Positions 25,206 through 39,589 of a DNA stretch of 64,000 nt are shown here, piece by piece. Made by a program: the position numbers and the translations under genes. The stretch is from the human T2T-CHM13v2.0 reference genome, Homo sapiens, in the NCBI RefSeq assembly GCF_009914755.1, contig NC_060929.1. One strand, 5' to 3'. Positions within the stretch are counted from its first letter, which is position 1. Each line of letters starts with the position of its first letter. The notes under the pieces are model-generated. The model had not been told where the DNA came from and searched no databases. It saw only the letters and a program-made list of their open reading frames with translations.

Positions 25206-27839
25206 TGGTATTGGGGGATACAGAGGTGAAGTTTGCTTCGTGCACAAATTTCTTCATTTAATTCTGCATCAGAGAATAATCAAAACACAAGCACTTGGGA
25301 TAAAGGCCATCTAAGCTATTTTAAAACAGAGCCAGTTTTTGCAAACAGGGGTACTGTTTACAAAACCGTGGTACTGGGGTAGTTTTGTAAACTTGGTACT
25401 GCTATGGAGTCCACAGGGCTTTATTACACAAAAGCCACATTTTAAATACGGGGAAGATGTTTAGCAAACTATCTTATGTGGTAAAACTGTCCAGAAAAGT
25501 CAGGACATGATAAGCCCAAATTTCAAGGAGTGGTTCCAACAAGGAGACTGCACAAAAAGCCGGCTTCATGCTCCATACAGTACAGTGGGCATACTCAAGA
25601 CTTATTTTATGGTTAGGCTTTTGATGACATGATATAAAGTCTTGAATATATAACACACTTCACAATGAAAAATCTAGAAAAAGGGCAAATGATGATAAAA
25701 AGAAAAGTCCACCTTTCACGAACATCTTTCTTCAGTCTACTCAATTGCTGAAGCTGCAAAGAGTAAATGACACACATCTCTGGAGTGTGCACACCCTCCT
25801 GCCCTTATGTTAAAAAAGAGGATGGAGCCTCCCTCTCACGGCAAGCCCACGGGGCAGGGGGAGGCTTTGAACTGATAATGATGTACAGGTGAAAGTGATC
25901 ACACGTCAGTGATCCGCACCAATGTTGATCAGCACTCTGTGGCATCTCCCTCCAGGCCGCATCTCAGGAGTCTACGTGTTAAACGTGAGCACTGGCTAAT
26001 TCTTCATCTTAATAGGCACTTCCCAGGAAACTCCAACCCTGCTGAGACCCCTCCAGTTTGCCCAGTCCTGATTAATGTGCTACTTATTACAGAACATTGA
26101 AATGGTTCCCAGAACATGTTTGCAGCATCTGCGTCAATCAACAGATATGTCTAGCCCAATAAACTGAAACACTCTGTCTTCTTCCCTGCTGCATCTTAAT
26201 AAGAAACCCAGAGAGTTTCAGGCTTCTTGTTAACCTTTTAAAGCACTATGAAATGAATCTCAATAAAATCTAAATGTGAATACCCAAAAATGGGAAAGAA
26301 AACACAGATTATAACTCCAATCAACCAAGAGTAAAGAGAAAAAGATCCAACATAAAACTTAAATTGGAACCCTGACAGCTGGAAAATACGACTGATGACT
26401 TCAAACGCTCTCTCTCAGAGTAGATGGGGCCACTGGTGGTGATTGTTTCTTTGTTCCAGCAATGCCTGAAATAGCAATAATGTGAGAACAATAATTCCAC
26501 CCTAAATGCCCATGGGTAGAGAACATTGAACTATAACAGCAAGTGATATCTGCAGAACATCCTGGAGGTTGTGCGACATACATGGGAAGACATGCGAATT
26601 TTGGCATCCAAAAATCTTCTCAAATCTCACCTCTACTTCTTTCCTCTCTGAGTTGCAGTTCCCCATTTGTGTTGTGAAGGCAGTAATGTCTACTACATGG
26701 AACAGCTGTGAGTTTACATGAGACAATGTGTGTGAAATGCCCACTATGGTGCCTGGCATGTGGGAGGTGTTCAGTAATTGGCTCTACCCTTGTTCCGTGG
26801 GACACCTACAGCCACGAAGAGCTGCTTCATTCCTGCTTTCTATGGGCTAGGCCAGTTGCTCCAGGCCAGTAGCTTCTGGCAGTCCGTGGTTGCACCACCG
26901 AGTGGACAGTCACGCTTCAGAATGTCCTGGAGCAGTTTTCCACAATACACACAAGCCTTGCTGCATAAGGGCACCCAGTTTTGAAGATCACGTTTGGAGC
27001 AGTCAACTGGCTTCATTCCAGGTGATCTTATGTTGATGCTTAATATCCAGGAAGACTCCTAAGGGATGTTTATAAACCAGGTTGGTATCTAACAAAGCTG
27101 TGAAACAGTCCTAAAACTGTCATTGTTGATCCCCTGTTCCTTCATGGTATGTCCCTTATGCTCTTATTATCAGGCACCCTGTAACCACATTGGACAGAAG
27201 CTCCCTGTCCTTGCAGGGCTATAATCCCCACATTGCCACCTTCCAAAGCCATCCAACCCAGGCATTGCCCCATGCCTCAACATGAAAACTCACTTGCCTG
27301 GTAACCCACTTATAAAACCAGAAACCAAACCATTTACAGAAGATCTAGTCTAATCCTCCATTTAATTAATAGGAAATCTGAGGTCAAGGCCCAGGAAAGG
27401 CCAGATGCTAGCACAGCCAGGTCTGGAGGCCAGAATATCCAGCTCCCAGATCAGAGGTGTTTCCACTCCACAGTGCTGTCTTAGGAGGCTCGGCAGGTGG
27501 ACCAAAACCATGGCACACAATAGCTTAGTGTGTTCCTTCTCTAAAGTAATATTTGCTTTTAACAGGGACATATAACTGAATAGAATGAAGAATACTTAAA
27601 TTTCAAAATAGCAGCCAGAGCCAGTGGGATGATGTTTGAGGTTGAATAAGAGACTTTTGGCCTCCCCAAATCATTGTACTTAGGCAACCACCTACACTCT
27701 CAGGAAATGTTCTGCAGATGAAGAATGTTTTGTAGATGTGACTTCCACCCTTCCATCCACCTATCTATTCAACAAATACTTGCTGAGTGTCCAATATATA
27801 CAAGGTACAATTCAGTAGGGACAGAAAAGATGACCTCTT

Positions 27840-28060
27840 CCCCTGTATTCATGTTCTGTGTGCCAGGTCTTGCACCAAGCACTTCCTTTGCCTTGTCTGA
27901 CTTAATCATCACAACAATCACATGAAGCAGGTATCATGTCCCCCATTTTACAGACAGGGAAACTAGAGCTAATAGAAGTTAAGTAAATGCCCAAAGTCTT
28001 GAAGTTTAGTAAGTAACACAGCTGAAATTTAAGCCCAGTCTGCTGTACTCCACAACCTCT
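27840..28060 (-). mobile_element. MIR SINE
   Basis: TGTGTGCCAGG...CCCCATTTTACAGACAGGGAAACTAGAGCTAATAGAAGTTAAGTAAATGCCCAAAGTC. Confidence 0.75.
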
Positions 28061-28789
28061 GCTTTCCCTCCTTCCTGATGCTGTCTCTCCAGCAGGTAGG
28101 TGCACAGCTGACCTTTGTCAAGAAAGTATTGTGAAACCCACATTAGAAAATGCACGTGAAGCAGGCAGCACAATGCTTGGCATATAGTAAATGCCTTCTC
28201 TTTTTAAGGTTGGACAGGACAAACTGTTTCATAAAACTTTTGTTTAGTTTGGAACTCAATGACTCTTTGGTTTGCAATATTGCAACAAATGCCAATATTT
28301 TATATAAATGACAAGCATTTTAGTGTAAACTGGCCACTTTGTTAAAACTGAGCGATTCTCCTCAGAAAGGAAGATCTAGGAAAAAGGAAGTTCTAGAAAA
28401 AAGATCTAGAGAGATTTTCTGATCCTACAGCCTAACCAAGTTATTTTGTGTACCCAGCACCCCGAGTCAGCCAATTCTTTTTTTTTTTTTTTTTTTGTCT
28501 CTCTCTCTATTCATTTATCTGGAGACAGAGCCACATTCATTCCTCATTTAACTAGTACACAATTAGTGGGTGGTATTTAATGAAACTATGTTGACTGCTT
28601 GGATAAAAAAAATCATCAGAATGGAATGTTGAGCAACTATTATTTTGGTTGGAACAATGGGCTTTGTTAACCTGAATGTAATTGAAACTGGAAGTCTTCC
28701 CCAGGGATTGCATTACCTCTGCTCAAGTGACTACAAAAACTCTCTGATGTCAGGTCGCTGAATACAACTTCAGTGGCCTAAAGCTTCTA

Positions 28790-29000
28790 GAGCAGCACTC
28801 TCTACAAGAGTAGAATTTCTGTGATGATGAAAATGTTCTTTCTGTGTCTCCTCTGCCAAGTAGCTACTAGCCACATGTGGCTATTGAGCCCTGGAAATGA
28901 GATTGTGTGGCCCAGGAACAGGATATTTTATTTTCTTTTATTTTCATTAATGTGGAAAGCCACATGTACCCTGTGGTCAGCATAGTAGATAACATAGTTA
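28790..29000. mobile_element. MER3-like hAT-Charlie DNA transposon
   Basis: AGAATTTCTGTGATGATGAAAATGTTCT...GTAGCTACTAGCCACATGTGGCTATTGAGC...AGCCACATGT. Confidence 0.75.
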
Positions 29001-31611
29001 CAGAAGAATTGACAACAGGAAAGTTGTTTTATAGAGGAGGGAATAAGGGCTCCGTAACATGACATCATAATTTCTAGACAAACGCTTAACTTCCCTGAAG
29101 CAGATTCCGCCAAGAGGGATTGGGCCATGTTGGAAAGAGACCAGTTTGCCTGTAATATTCTTCCTTTCTCTAATCCTGGGCTCCCTTCAGGTAGAACCCA
29201 GATCACCATCAGGAACCAGAGAATGAGAAAAAGTAGAGAGATTGTGGAACCTCTAAGCCATCTTCTCACAGAGGAGGAAACTAGAGTTCAAAGATGCAGC
29301 CACCTGCCCTACCTCATATAATGAAAGAACAATAGAGCCTTCTGACATACAGACTACCCGCTTTCAACTAAATTTGGCTGACATCTGTCAGTTCTCTTCT
29401 CTAATTAACTGTGGGCAAATAAGTTTTCAGGTGTTGCAAGGGCCAGGAAAACAGTGAAAATGTCTAAAGAATGCCAAGAGTAAGGTGAAAGGGATCAGTA
29501 TCCTATCAGGAGTGGGCATCCCATCAAAACTGGGCAGCTGCCCCTTGCAGCCAATTGCAGCCAGGCAATAATGTGTCATCTGACTGTCCAGTTTTCCCAA
29601 GAGGAGCAAGGAATGAGTTTGCAACCTGTAGCTTAACCTATTTCACCTCACTCTCATAACTCTCCTCCATTCTCAACTACCAAGAATACTTGCATTATAA
29701 TAGAAGATCTGGCATTTTGGAAGTTTGTTCAAAACTCAGGGGACTGAATCTGTAACTGGCGCAATTTTTGGCTCTATGAAGGACAATGAGGTCACTGGCC
29801 CTGTCGAGGACTCTTCAAACCATTCCACATAGGTGGGCACCGCTATGCTATATCCAGCCCAAAGCTAGTCAGGAGTTTCACTCCCCCAACTAAGAAAATT
29901 TAACAAAAGACAGCAAATAGGTCATTGTGCAGAAACATTCAAATGCTTATGGTATTGCTTATTAATTATAACATAGTGGCCTACATCTATTTGAAAAGGA
30001 ATATTTGCTGGGTATAAAGCAGATACTTCTACTGAGTATAAGCCAGATACTTTACCAAGGTTATTATAATATGTTAATCTCTAAAACACCATTTCTAGAT
30101 AGTGATTATTATTCCCAATGTATAGATCATAGATTATTGAAGTTAAGTATCTTGCTCAAGAACACAAAGGAAAAACATAGAACGTGGACTCAAAAACAAG
30201 TTGGGCTTCAAAACCCAAGCACTTTCCACCATATCCTGCCCCTTCTTCCTGCCCCAATTACACCCACAGGGGTTCCTTATTCTATCCAACAGATGGGCTC
30301 TGGGTGGCTCTCTGTGCAATAGATCATCTTGCACTTTTTTTTTTCTTTCCTAAATCATAGTTTCAGACTTAACTAATTACAACATTTCCATTCTCATCAT
30401 TGGAAAAAAAATAATAAAGATATTTCCTGCTAAATCAAAACAACAATAAGACAAAATTTCATATCTGCAGTGACATAGAATGGATAAGCATCTCCTATCC
30501 AAATTTACCCCATTCCTGATGCCTGTCAGCAGTGGATGAGAAGTATGTGCCCTACATATCTTCTTTTTAAAACTTGCCATGTCTAAATATTTAAAGTACA
30601 GGATTCTGAAATGCACAATTAATTTTTAAAACTAAAAGGAGGAACCAGAGACAATACATCTGCTATCCCAAACTCTTTCAACTGTTTTCTCTATCTAAAG
30701 TAAAAAACAACTCTCAGTGCACGATTTATAACCGCCATAACTCTCTTCTGTTTGAGATGCCACATCTACAATGATTAATGGGAAGAGTCCAGGGTTTCTA
30801 ATACTGTCTACTCTGATGGCAAATTGATATATAGTCCTCAGCAAATTCCATTTGAGTCTATGATTTTCCTGTAAATGTGCCCCAGAGTTGCTGCCACATT
30901 CCTAAATTCCAGCTAAAATTTATGATCACACTTCCACCTTTGATTATTGTGTAGGAGTTTAATGTAAAACTCCCAAAATAGTAATATTACAATTGTGTTT
31001 CTTTATTTTATTCCAGGCTGCCTGGTACTCTCAGTTTTACATTAGCAAGCTTTTTGATGAAAATTTGCCTCATTTTCTATCAGCTGCATTAATAAAAATA
31101 AGTATTGCTGAGAAAATAGGACCACGTGGCACAATTAGCTAATACACATTCCTTCTATTTCTTGTAAATTATGTTGAAAAAAAAATGGCAGTAAAAATGA
31201 GTGTGGGGAGTTCCATGTGCTTCCCAATGGCTGGTTGAAAAAGTACTATAAATTCAACACAACTAGCCTTCCTTGCTGTAAGCACCAAGAGCAGTGTGTT
31301 CACCGAAATGTGACTGAAATTGGAAATAAGGTAGGGATGAGGAATGAAAAAGGCCAGGAGATGAGATGTGACGGAAAAAGCGGAGGCCAAGCAAGATGAG
31401 CTGGAGGTGGAAAGGAGAGAGTGTATGTTTGGAGAAGTTCTGATGAGGAGCTGCTTGGTGACAAGAGGGTCGTTGAGTACCTGAGAGTACCTTTACCTAT
31501 TTTATTATGACCACCAAAGATTTCAAATGATTTTCTGCAGCTCTTAGCTCCCGAGCACACTGGAGCTGAGGAAGGAGACGTTTCTCTCAGAAGATCATCA
31601 AAACACTCTAG

Positions 31612-32068
<457 letters not shown>

Positions 32069-32074
32069 CCTTAT

Positions 32075-32122
32075 ATTACTTTTAATGGCAAAAACCGCAA
32101 TTACTTTTGCACCAACCTAATA
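32075..32122. mobile_element. MADE1 (mariner-derived MITE), one arm only
   Basis: ATTACTTTTAATGGCAAAAACCGCAATTACTTTTGCACCAACCTAATA is the MADE1 spacer, one terminal inverted repeat and TA. Confidence 0.9.
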
Positions 32123-32124
32123 TT

Positions 32125-32622
32125 AGTTTAAAACATGGCTGCAAAATTCTTAGACCCTCCTCCCATTTAGAAGGGCGGTCTATGTCATCTCCCTTGAACT
32201 CGGTGGGTTTTGTGACTATTGCAACCAAGAGAAGACAGTGGAAGTGAGGCCGTGTGATTTCCAAGGTTGGACATGAAAAGCAGTGTAGCTTCCGTCTTCT
32301 TTACTGGAACTCGTATGCTTGGAGTCCTGAGCTCCACACCCAGTGTCTGACAACATGCAACCACCAGGCTGTAAGGACACTAAGCCACACGGAGCCATCC
32401 TGATCACCAGACATGTGAGGGAAGGTGTCTTTATGTGACCCCATCCTGGCATCCGGTCTCCCCTGCCCTTCAAGTCTGCACAGCTGGAGCAGAGACAACC
32501 TATTCCCGCTGTGCCTTCACTGACTTCTTGACCTGTAGCTTCCTGCGTGAGCATAAAAAAAATGGTTGTTCTCAGCTGCTAAGTTCTAAGATAATTTGTT
32601 ACACAGCAGCAGTCTCTGGAAC
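32125..32622 (+). mobile_element. MaLR LTR (MLT1F/G/H-like)
   Basis: TTTAAAACATGGCTGCAAAATTCTTAGACCCTCCTCCCAT...GCTAAGTTCTAAGATAATTTGTTACACAGCA. Confidence 0.75.
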
Positions 32623-33254
32623 TATTTCTTGTTTCATTCCCACCTCTGATCTTTCTCTGTGGAGGCTCCAATCCTGAAATAAGTAGTTTCCACTTGGGTG
32701 TGGCCCTAAAACTCTCTGTTCAAATGAAAATTTCCACATAAGCCATTGCCAACTGAGGCTCTGAGGCTCCTCAGCACACAACTTGACAATTACTCTTCTT
32801 CTAGAAAGTACATATGTGACCTTCCTTCTGTCAATCACATAATTTCTGAAGCACTGCTTTGCCTGGAAAGTCTTGCCAGTTTAATCATATGCAAATGGAG
32901 GGCCTGTAATTTTCCCTCACCCACTCCCCACTCCCTCCACCAATGATCACCAACATGTTTGTATTGAGCAGCTAAATATCAAAAAAAGTGTGAAAGAAAT
33001 ACGAGCATGATGTCTTCCTTCAAAGGACTTCTTATCATTTTTAAGAGGCAGTGCTAGCCCACTCTACCACCACCATCACTATAGAACAAAATAATAAAGG
33101 GAGAGAGATATTCTCGCCATTACTATGGTTCATAATAAATATAATATAGAAAATCCTTATTTCTGTGCTTATGCAAGGTACTTTTGCTCCATGCACATCC
33201 ATGTCACCAATGTTAATAATCATAATGATTCTTTTTATCTGAAATAAGATAGCA

Positions 33255-33720
33255 TTCAGTCACTTATCATGTATTCAATAACTATGTATTGAGCTCTTTT
33301 TTGTGCCAGGTCCTCTGCCAGCCCAGTGGGGAATAAAGCGGACACAGCCCCTGTCCTCTTGAGGCTTACATTCTAGTGGAGTAGAAAGACAAAAAAATGT
33401 GTAAACATAAAATAGTGACTTATGCAGAAAAGAAAAGAAAAAGGAGGATGTGGTATGGAGAGTAACTGGAAGTGGGGATGGCTACTTCGGTTAGGGTGGC
33501 CAGAAAAGATCCAGGAAAATCGAGGTGGCAGCTTTTAAGGCAGGGACTGAAAATGAGAAGTCAGTTAAGAAAAGATATGGGAAACAGGGCTTCAGGTGAC
33601 AGAGTAGTAATTATTACATACCCCAAAGCAGGAAAAATCATTTCATGTTCCAGGAGCAGAAAGTCTTGTGTGGCCAGAGAGATGGGGAGGGGGCAGAGGG
33701 GGTGAGAATTGTGAGAGGCG
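33255..33720 (-). mobile_element. L2 LINE 3' end
   Basis: ATTCAATAACTATGTATTGAGC...TGTGCCAGG...CCCTGTCCTCTTGAGGCTTACATTCTAGTGG is the antisense L2 tail. Confidence 0.65.
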
Positions 33721-33847
33721 GAGCAATTACGTGTCATGATGCCAAGTGCACAAGTGCTCTGAAGTTATGGTCTCTTCCCTAAAACCAGAAGCTATCCAAG
33801 GGTAAAAACAATCTATATAGCAATTATCCTGTGCTAATGGTTACTTT

Positions 33848-33871
33848 ATCATCATCATCATCATCATCATT
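33848..33871 (+). repeat. (ATC)n trinucleotide microsatellite
   Basis: About seven ATC units read directly. Confidence 0.9.
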
Positions 33872-34934
33872 ATAAAGCTTGTATTGATTATGCGCTTACT
33901 TTGGATTAATATTTTGGAAAACATCACTGTGCTCTTCCTTGCTTTTCAAATTTATAAAACATTCTTAAGACAGATAAAGGAAGAAGGAGTTAATATTCAG
34001 CATCTGGCATTCAAAACAGGCCATTTGCCAAGTCTTACTGACATATTGTCTTGAGGAAGAATGTTTAAATGTCTGTATTGCTTTTCACATATCCAAATGA
34101 TTTGGCTCAAAGAGTTCTTCCATGGTGAAATGAAGATTTGGCCTAGAAGAGTGTAGAGGAAACTGTCATCTCTCTTTCTCATCCCAGGAGTGTGAGAAGG
34201 AAAAGCAGGGAAGAACAAAGCAGTCAGATGTGTGTGCCTTAAAGACTCTTGTGTGGATAGAGGAGAGCCCGAGGGATGAAGGATTTCTGCCCCATTCCTG
34301 TTCAGGGCTCTAGAAAGATATGCCCTCTCAGGCTGCCCCATACCAAGGACATTTGGAGGGAGTTAGGCAGAGGGAGGCCTCGATGTTTAGCTTTTCTGAG
34401 CAGCTCTTTGTTCCCTATGGCAACCTTTGAGGTAGGGCTGGGAGTCCAGGTGTTTAAGGGGGAAATTAGAAAGTGACTAGCTGAGAGCTAGAACACAAGC
34501 CTGGCAAATAATGTGATGGCACCCTAGCAAAGGCTGGGTGTGGAGAGTCCATCCAGAGGCATTGGTCTCTGTTCCTGAAGTGCGATCAGTGGACACCATG
34601 ACTATGCCTATGGGTCCAGACTTTTCTCTCCCACCAAGAGGCTGCCTAAGCCCCTCCCCTCCCCTACATACCAGACATCATCTTGGAGAGAAACCTGGAA
34701 AATCCTGGAACACAGAGATCTGAAAGTCTGAGCACCTTTTCCTAGAGACAGAGCATTATCTAAAATCAATACATCAGACTAAGACAGCTTAGACATTTAA
34801 TTTATTTTTCCTTCTAATCAGCAGTGGTTTGCTCAGGAGGAAGATCACATTAGTTAAAATCAAAACTAAGAAGCTACCTCTTCTCCGCCCATCTGGATGA
34901 GATGTCAGTGAACTTTGTGACTCACCACAAGTCT

Positions 34935-35390
34935 TGACAAATATCATCTCATTTAATCCTCAGCAACCACACAAAGCAGACACTATGACTGACTTCCATT
35001 TTACAATGAGGAGAGCTAGTCTAAGGTTAAGCAACTTTCCAAAGCTCTTACAGCTGTCAAGTAACAGAACTGTCAAAGATTTTCATGCTTGGCCACTGCA
35101 GGTATTGCCTCCATGTCCTTGATACAGGCTCTGTGATAATATGATGGCAATGAGCCTCAGACATTTATATTTATTTTAAAAACATAAGGCACTTGCCATG
35201 GGAGAGACACTGTTCTTACTGCTTCTAACAGGAATTCATTTAAACTTCTCAATAATCATATGAAGTAGGTACCATTACCCCATTTTACGTATGAGAATAG
35301 TGAACTAAAAAAGCTGCATACTTTTCCCCAGGTCAGTTTTGCAGCTAATACATGGAAGAACTGACATTTGAACATAGGCTGACTGGCCCT
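34935..35390 (-). mobile_element. Two MIR SINEs
   Basis: ATCTCATTTAATCCTCAGCAACC...CCATTTTACAATGAGG and GAAGTAGGTACCATTACCCCATTTTACGTATGAGAA. Confidence 0.65.
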
Positions 35391-37129
35391 AGAGAATGGG
35401 AGATGAGATATTAACTGCTGCACTGGACAAAGAGGGAGTCAAGCAACTTGGTAAGTTCTAATTTTTTCAAGTCACACTCATTCTAGGTTGTAATAAAGCA
35501 TGCACTGGTATAATTTTCATTGCTGATAAAAAGGATAACTTCCAGAAGGGTTCATTTTCCATTAACTGTAAAAATCTATGTGAAAATAGTTACAACTGGT
35601 AGCTATAACCAAAATAGGTTATGATGTTTAAAGGAAAAACGGACTAAAAGACTAGCTTAAGTATAAAGCAAACTTATGTAAGGGCTAGAACTATCCTGGC
35701 CTTTCACGTGTATTATTACCACCACTGTATGACATAACCAGAAGAAATTCAGACATGTCACAAAGGGAAGTATCACATAAGTGTTAGCTAATCTCATTAT
35801 CATCATCATCATCATTGCAATTATTATATAAAACCAAGGCATCACAATATATGAAAGTAATCACCATGTAAAAAGAATTTTTCAATGCATACATTTATTT
35901 TATACTAAAAGCAACGAATTTCACATTTTAACATTATTTCCGAATATTTAAGTCCAATTCAAACCATTTAGCTCTAAAAAAGTAAAATGACAATTTAAAA
36001 GATCGGCTCTAAATCAGGGATTAAAAACCAGATCTAAATGAAGGAAAACGTGAGTGAAATTAACCCTAAAGTTAGAAATATATTTTTCTTATTGCTGCAA
36101 TAACTAAGCTATGATCCAATGGTGTTCCCCAGATATTTTCCACCTTTCCTAGAAATCTCAATTTACATACTAGTTTGTTCCACTGCTACTGACCCAACCA
36201 CCCGCAAAAAAGGTGGCTAGATAGGTGTTATATTGACCACAATCTTTATCTTCCCAAAGATTCCCCATGCCAAATTATATTCAAAAAGATTAATATTTTA
36301 AGTCACTAACTTAATAAAACAGTACAATTCTTAGAGTAACTATCTCTTTTTAGCTGAGGGTTTTTATCCCAGTGAAGGAGCTGTTGGCTTGTTTTTGTTT
36401 CTTTCACTTTTCTTGAGGTTTTCTCCATTCATGGCTGGGTTCATCTGTACATTCAGTCTCAGGACAATAGGACTACAATTATACGTGTCTTCAAAAGAAC
36501 ACTAGGAAAATGTTATCTCCACTATTCCATCTTGCAAGTAGATCAACTAAAACACAAAGAAATTAGGGGAAAAAACAGCCAAGGGAGACTGAGACCAATA
36601 ATTTTGTTGCCGTTACCCAACACTGCATCGTTTTTATAGACATATTTACACATTCACTTGAAAGAGCAATCCAGAAGAGATAGAAAAACCAGTCAATATC
36701 TTTTTAGAGAGCCTTACTCCATCTGGAGGTATTTGGGCAGTCTCAAATAATTTAGTGTAGTATTCTACCACATTCCACCTTGTTTTTGTCTTTTTTCTGC
36801 ATGTCTGGATCACTGATTTGTATTATTCCCAAGGAGACAGAACTTTTTCTCAAATCATCCTCGTTCTTCGATGCTTAGTTCAAACCCTGCATGTTTTGTG
36901 TATTCACATAGATACTTATAGCAAAAGGATTCCATCACCCAGAATTATGTTATTGGTTCTAGAAAAGTACAATACTCCTTATGTTTCCAATGATGACTAT
37001 GAGGCACTCCAAGATCTTAAGTTATTTACTAAATCATTTTGTTAAGTTTTTCTGTTAATTTTATGTCAATTATTTTGGTTATTTAAAAATATGTAACCAC
37101 TGTAAGGTAATAACAGCCAGCTGATTGTT

Positions 37130-37345
37130 TTTTATTTGCCAAAGCCTATAGCATTATTTCCTATAACCCTTACAACAAATCCTTAAGGTAGGTTTTAATC
37201 AAATACTTTTTATAGATAAGGAAACTAAGGCTAGGCTAGAGGTGGAGTCATTTGCTAATGACTAGGTGAATATTAAGTCATAATACCAGGATTTAGATCC
37301 ACTTCAGTCTGATTCTAAAATGATGACTTTAACTACAACATTATA
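37130..37345 (-). mobile_element. MIR SINE
   Basis: CCTTACAACAAATCCTTAAGGTAGG...TTTTATAGATAAGGAAACTAAGGCT. Confidence 0.65.
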
Positions 37346-39589
37346 TAGTTGAAGTCATGGAATATATGTATAATTCATTTAACTAAGCTATTTAATAAAT
37401 GCAAGCTCCTTCATCCCCTCACTAGCTGAGCTCACAAGCACATAACGTTCATGCTATCAACAGTTTTATTTATCCCAGGACATACTTCCTAGATTATATT
37501 CCTACTGACTACTGTAGCTTACTTTCATTACATCATTCACTCAAAAACCCTCAGGATTTTTAGAGAGCAATATACTTTATAACATTACCTCATCAAACCT
37601 ATAGGCAGAAAAAGGTATATTGTCAGGTCTGTTTTCATTTAAATCCACTTTTTTTCCAATCTGAAGGAGAAGCATCCCTTGCATGCATATTGCTCTATGT
37701 TTTACATTGGTCCCAAAGGTACTCACACACAATAGACTTCCAGAGCCTTTCATTTTCTGAAGATGAGAGGAGGAAGGAGGAAGGAGAAGGAGGAAGAAAC
37801 GAAAGGAGAAATAGATGGGAAGACTACACAGACTCAGGAACGCAGTGGTGCACACTTGGTAAAAGGGCATAAGGTACTTTTAATATTTTGCACTAAGCCT
37901 TGTCATTCCTTCCACCTTCATAAAACCAGATTCTAAAAGGGCCAAAGCCTATCCTTATAAATTCAGAATGCCATGGATGTAAGAGAATTTGGGAGTGGTT
38001 TGTTTTAATTTTGAATTTCTTTTTTCGTTTATTTTTTTTTTTTTTGGAAAAACAGCTTAGAAACTTCAATCTGGTGAAAGTATCATTGACTTACATTGGG
38101 TTGTTTCAGCCCTGCATCAGATCCCAAAGTAACAAATAATCTTAATGTAACTACTATTTCCATCCAACCAGTTATAAGCATCTCCTAACCCAAAGAACAC
38201 TTCCAGATTTTTCTTGCTGCTTTATCAGAGTTCAGGTTCACTTTGTCAAACTTTTTACAGTTCTAAAATAGAAAACAGAACCGATGCCCTATGTCTTACA
38301 ATTAATTGCATGCACTTCTGTTTGTTCCACCAAGTTTCTCGACAGATACAATTTCTCCCCTTTCGAAGGTAAGCAGAAGGGGTCATGTATTCCTTAGTAC
38401 ATGCTGTGATAACAGTCCTTGTCTGTCATACACAGTAGGGCCGATGCTAAGACGAATCTCCTCAAATAAACAAACCAAAGCTTCTGTGCACTAGCAGTCC
38501 TTGGTTTTGTACTTTATACCAATTATATACCATTTCTGCCATATTATCCATACATTGTTTTTATATTCTTTAGGTAGTTTTTATGTGTTAATCTGCCTCC
38601 CTAGAGAATGCAAATAATAGTCATAAAAACAAAAATTGATATTATTGAGTATTTTTATGGGTCATAAAACTCTATTAAGATTTTTTATCTTAACTGTTTT
38701 TGATCACACTATTAAGATATGCATTGCCCATCCAGAGATAAAGCTACTTAAAAATAAAATCAAATTAAAAAGTTAAATATACATACACACACAAAGACAG
38801 GCAACTATAATTTGGACCTATTATAAAAATTCTCCCTGGCATCATTCCAAGGGACATATATAAGTTAAAGATCAGCAAAGTATTGCTTTCAAGGAGAAAG
38901 AAAAGACAGAATATGCAACCTACTTCTGTTGGTACACACAAGGCTACAAAGCAGTTTGCTGGTTAACACTCCAGGTATCTGGAGTAAACCAATCCTAGCT
39001 ATTTTCTGAACTCTTTCTTTTAAGTGTTATAAATATGGTAATAAGGAATAACCAAGAAACAAAGTTGTGCCTCTTATGTAAACCTACTTGTAATGGAATT
39101 ACATTAAATCTGGGAGTCATTCCACATGACAGCCTTCACTTACCTATCTAAGGTCATAACATCCCCAAACCAAGAAGCACCTACCCGGACAAATTCAAAG
39201 TGCCTCTTCGTCTCTGGTATACGTTTTAAAATCTCTCCTTGGTTAAGACACAGGAAGAAGGGAAATGAAATTTGAGTCTTAGGGTAATCATTTGCCATTG
39301 GGCAGACCCACATCAAGCTAGATGCCAGTACCTTGTCACATGGTAGGAATGCCTAAGTGGTTGCACTCAACCTGGGTGAGACAACTGGAAGTCCAAACCT
39401 TTAAAGTGCCACTGAAAGGGAGCAATCAATGGTACTCATTAATGTGCATGGGTTCCCTTCTTTCAGCACCTATTTCCTAGACCCTCTGCATCTGATCAGG
39501 CTATGAGACAAGTTCTAGCCAATAGAATGTGAATGTAAGTCATATGTACCCCATCCAGACCTGGTTCCTAAAACCTCCAAACCACCTAT

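Noticed and set aside
32075-32122. miR-548-type hairpin from MADE1
   Set aside because: Only one inverted-repeat arm is present, so the long hairpin cannot form.
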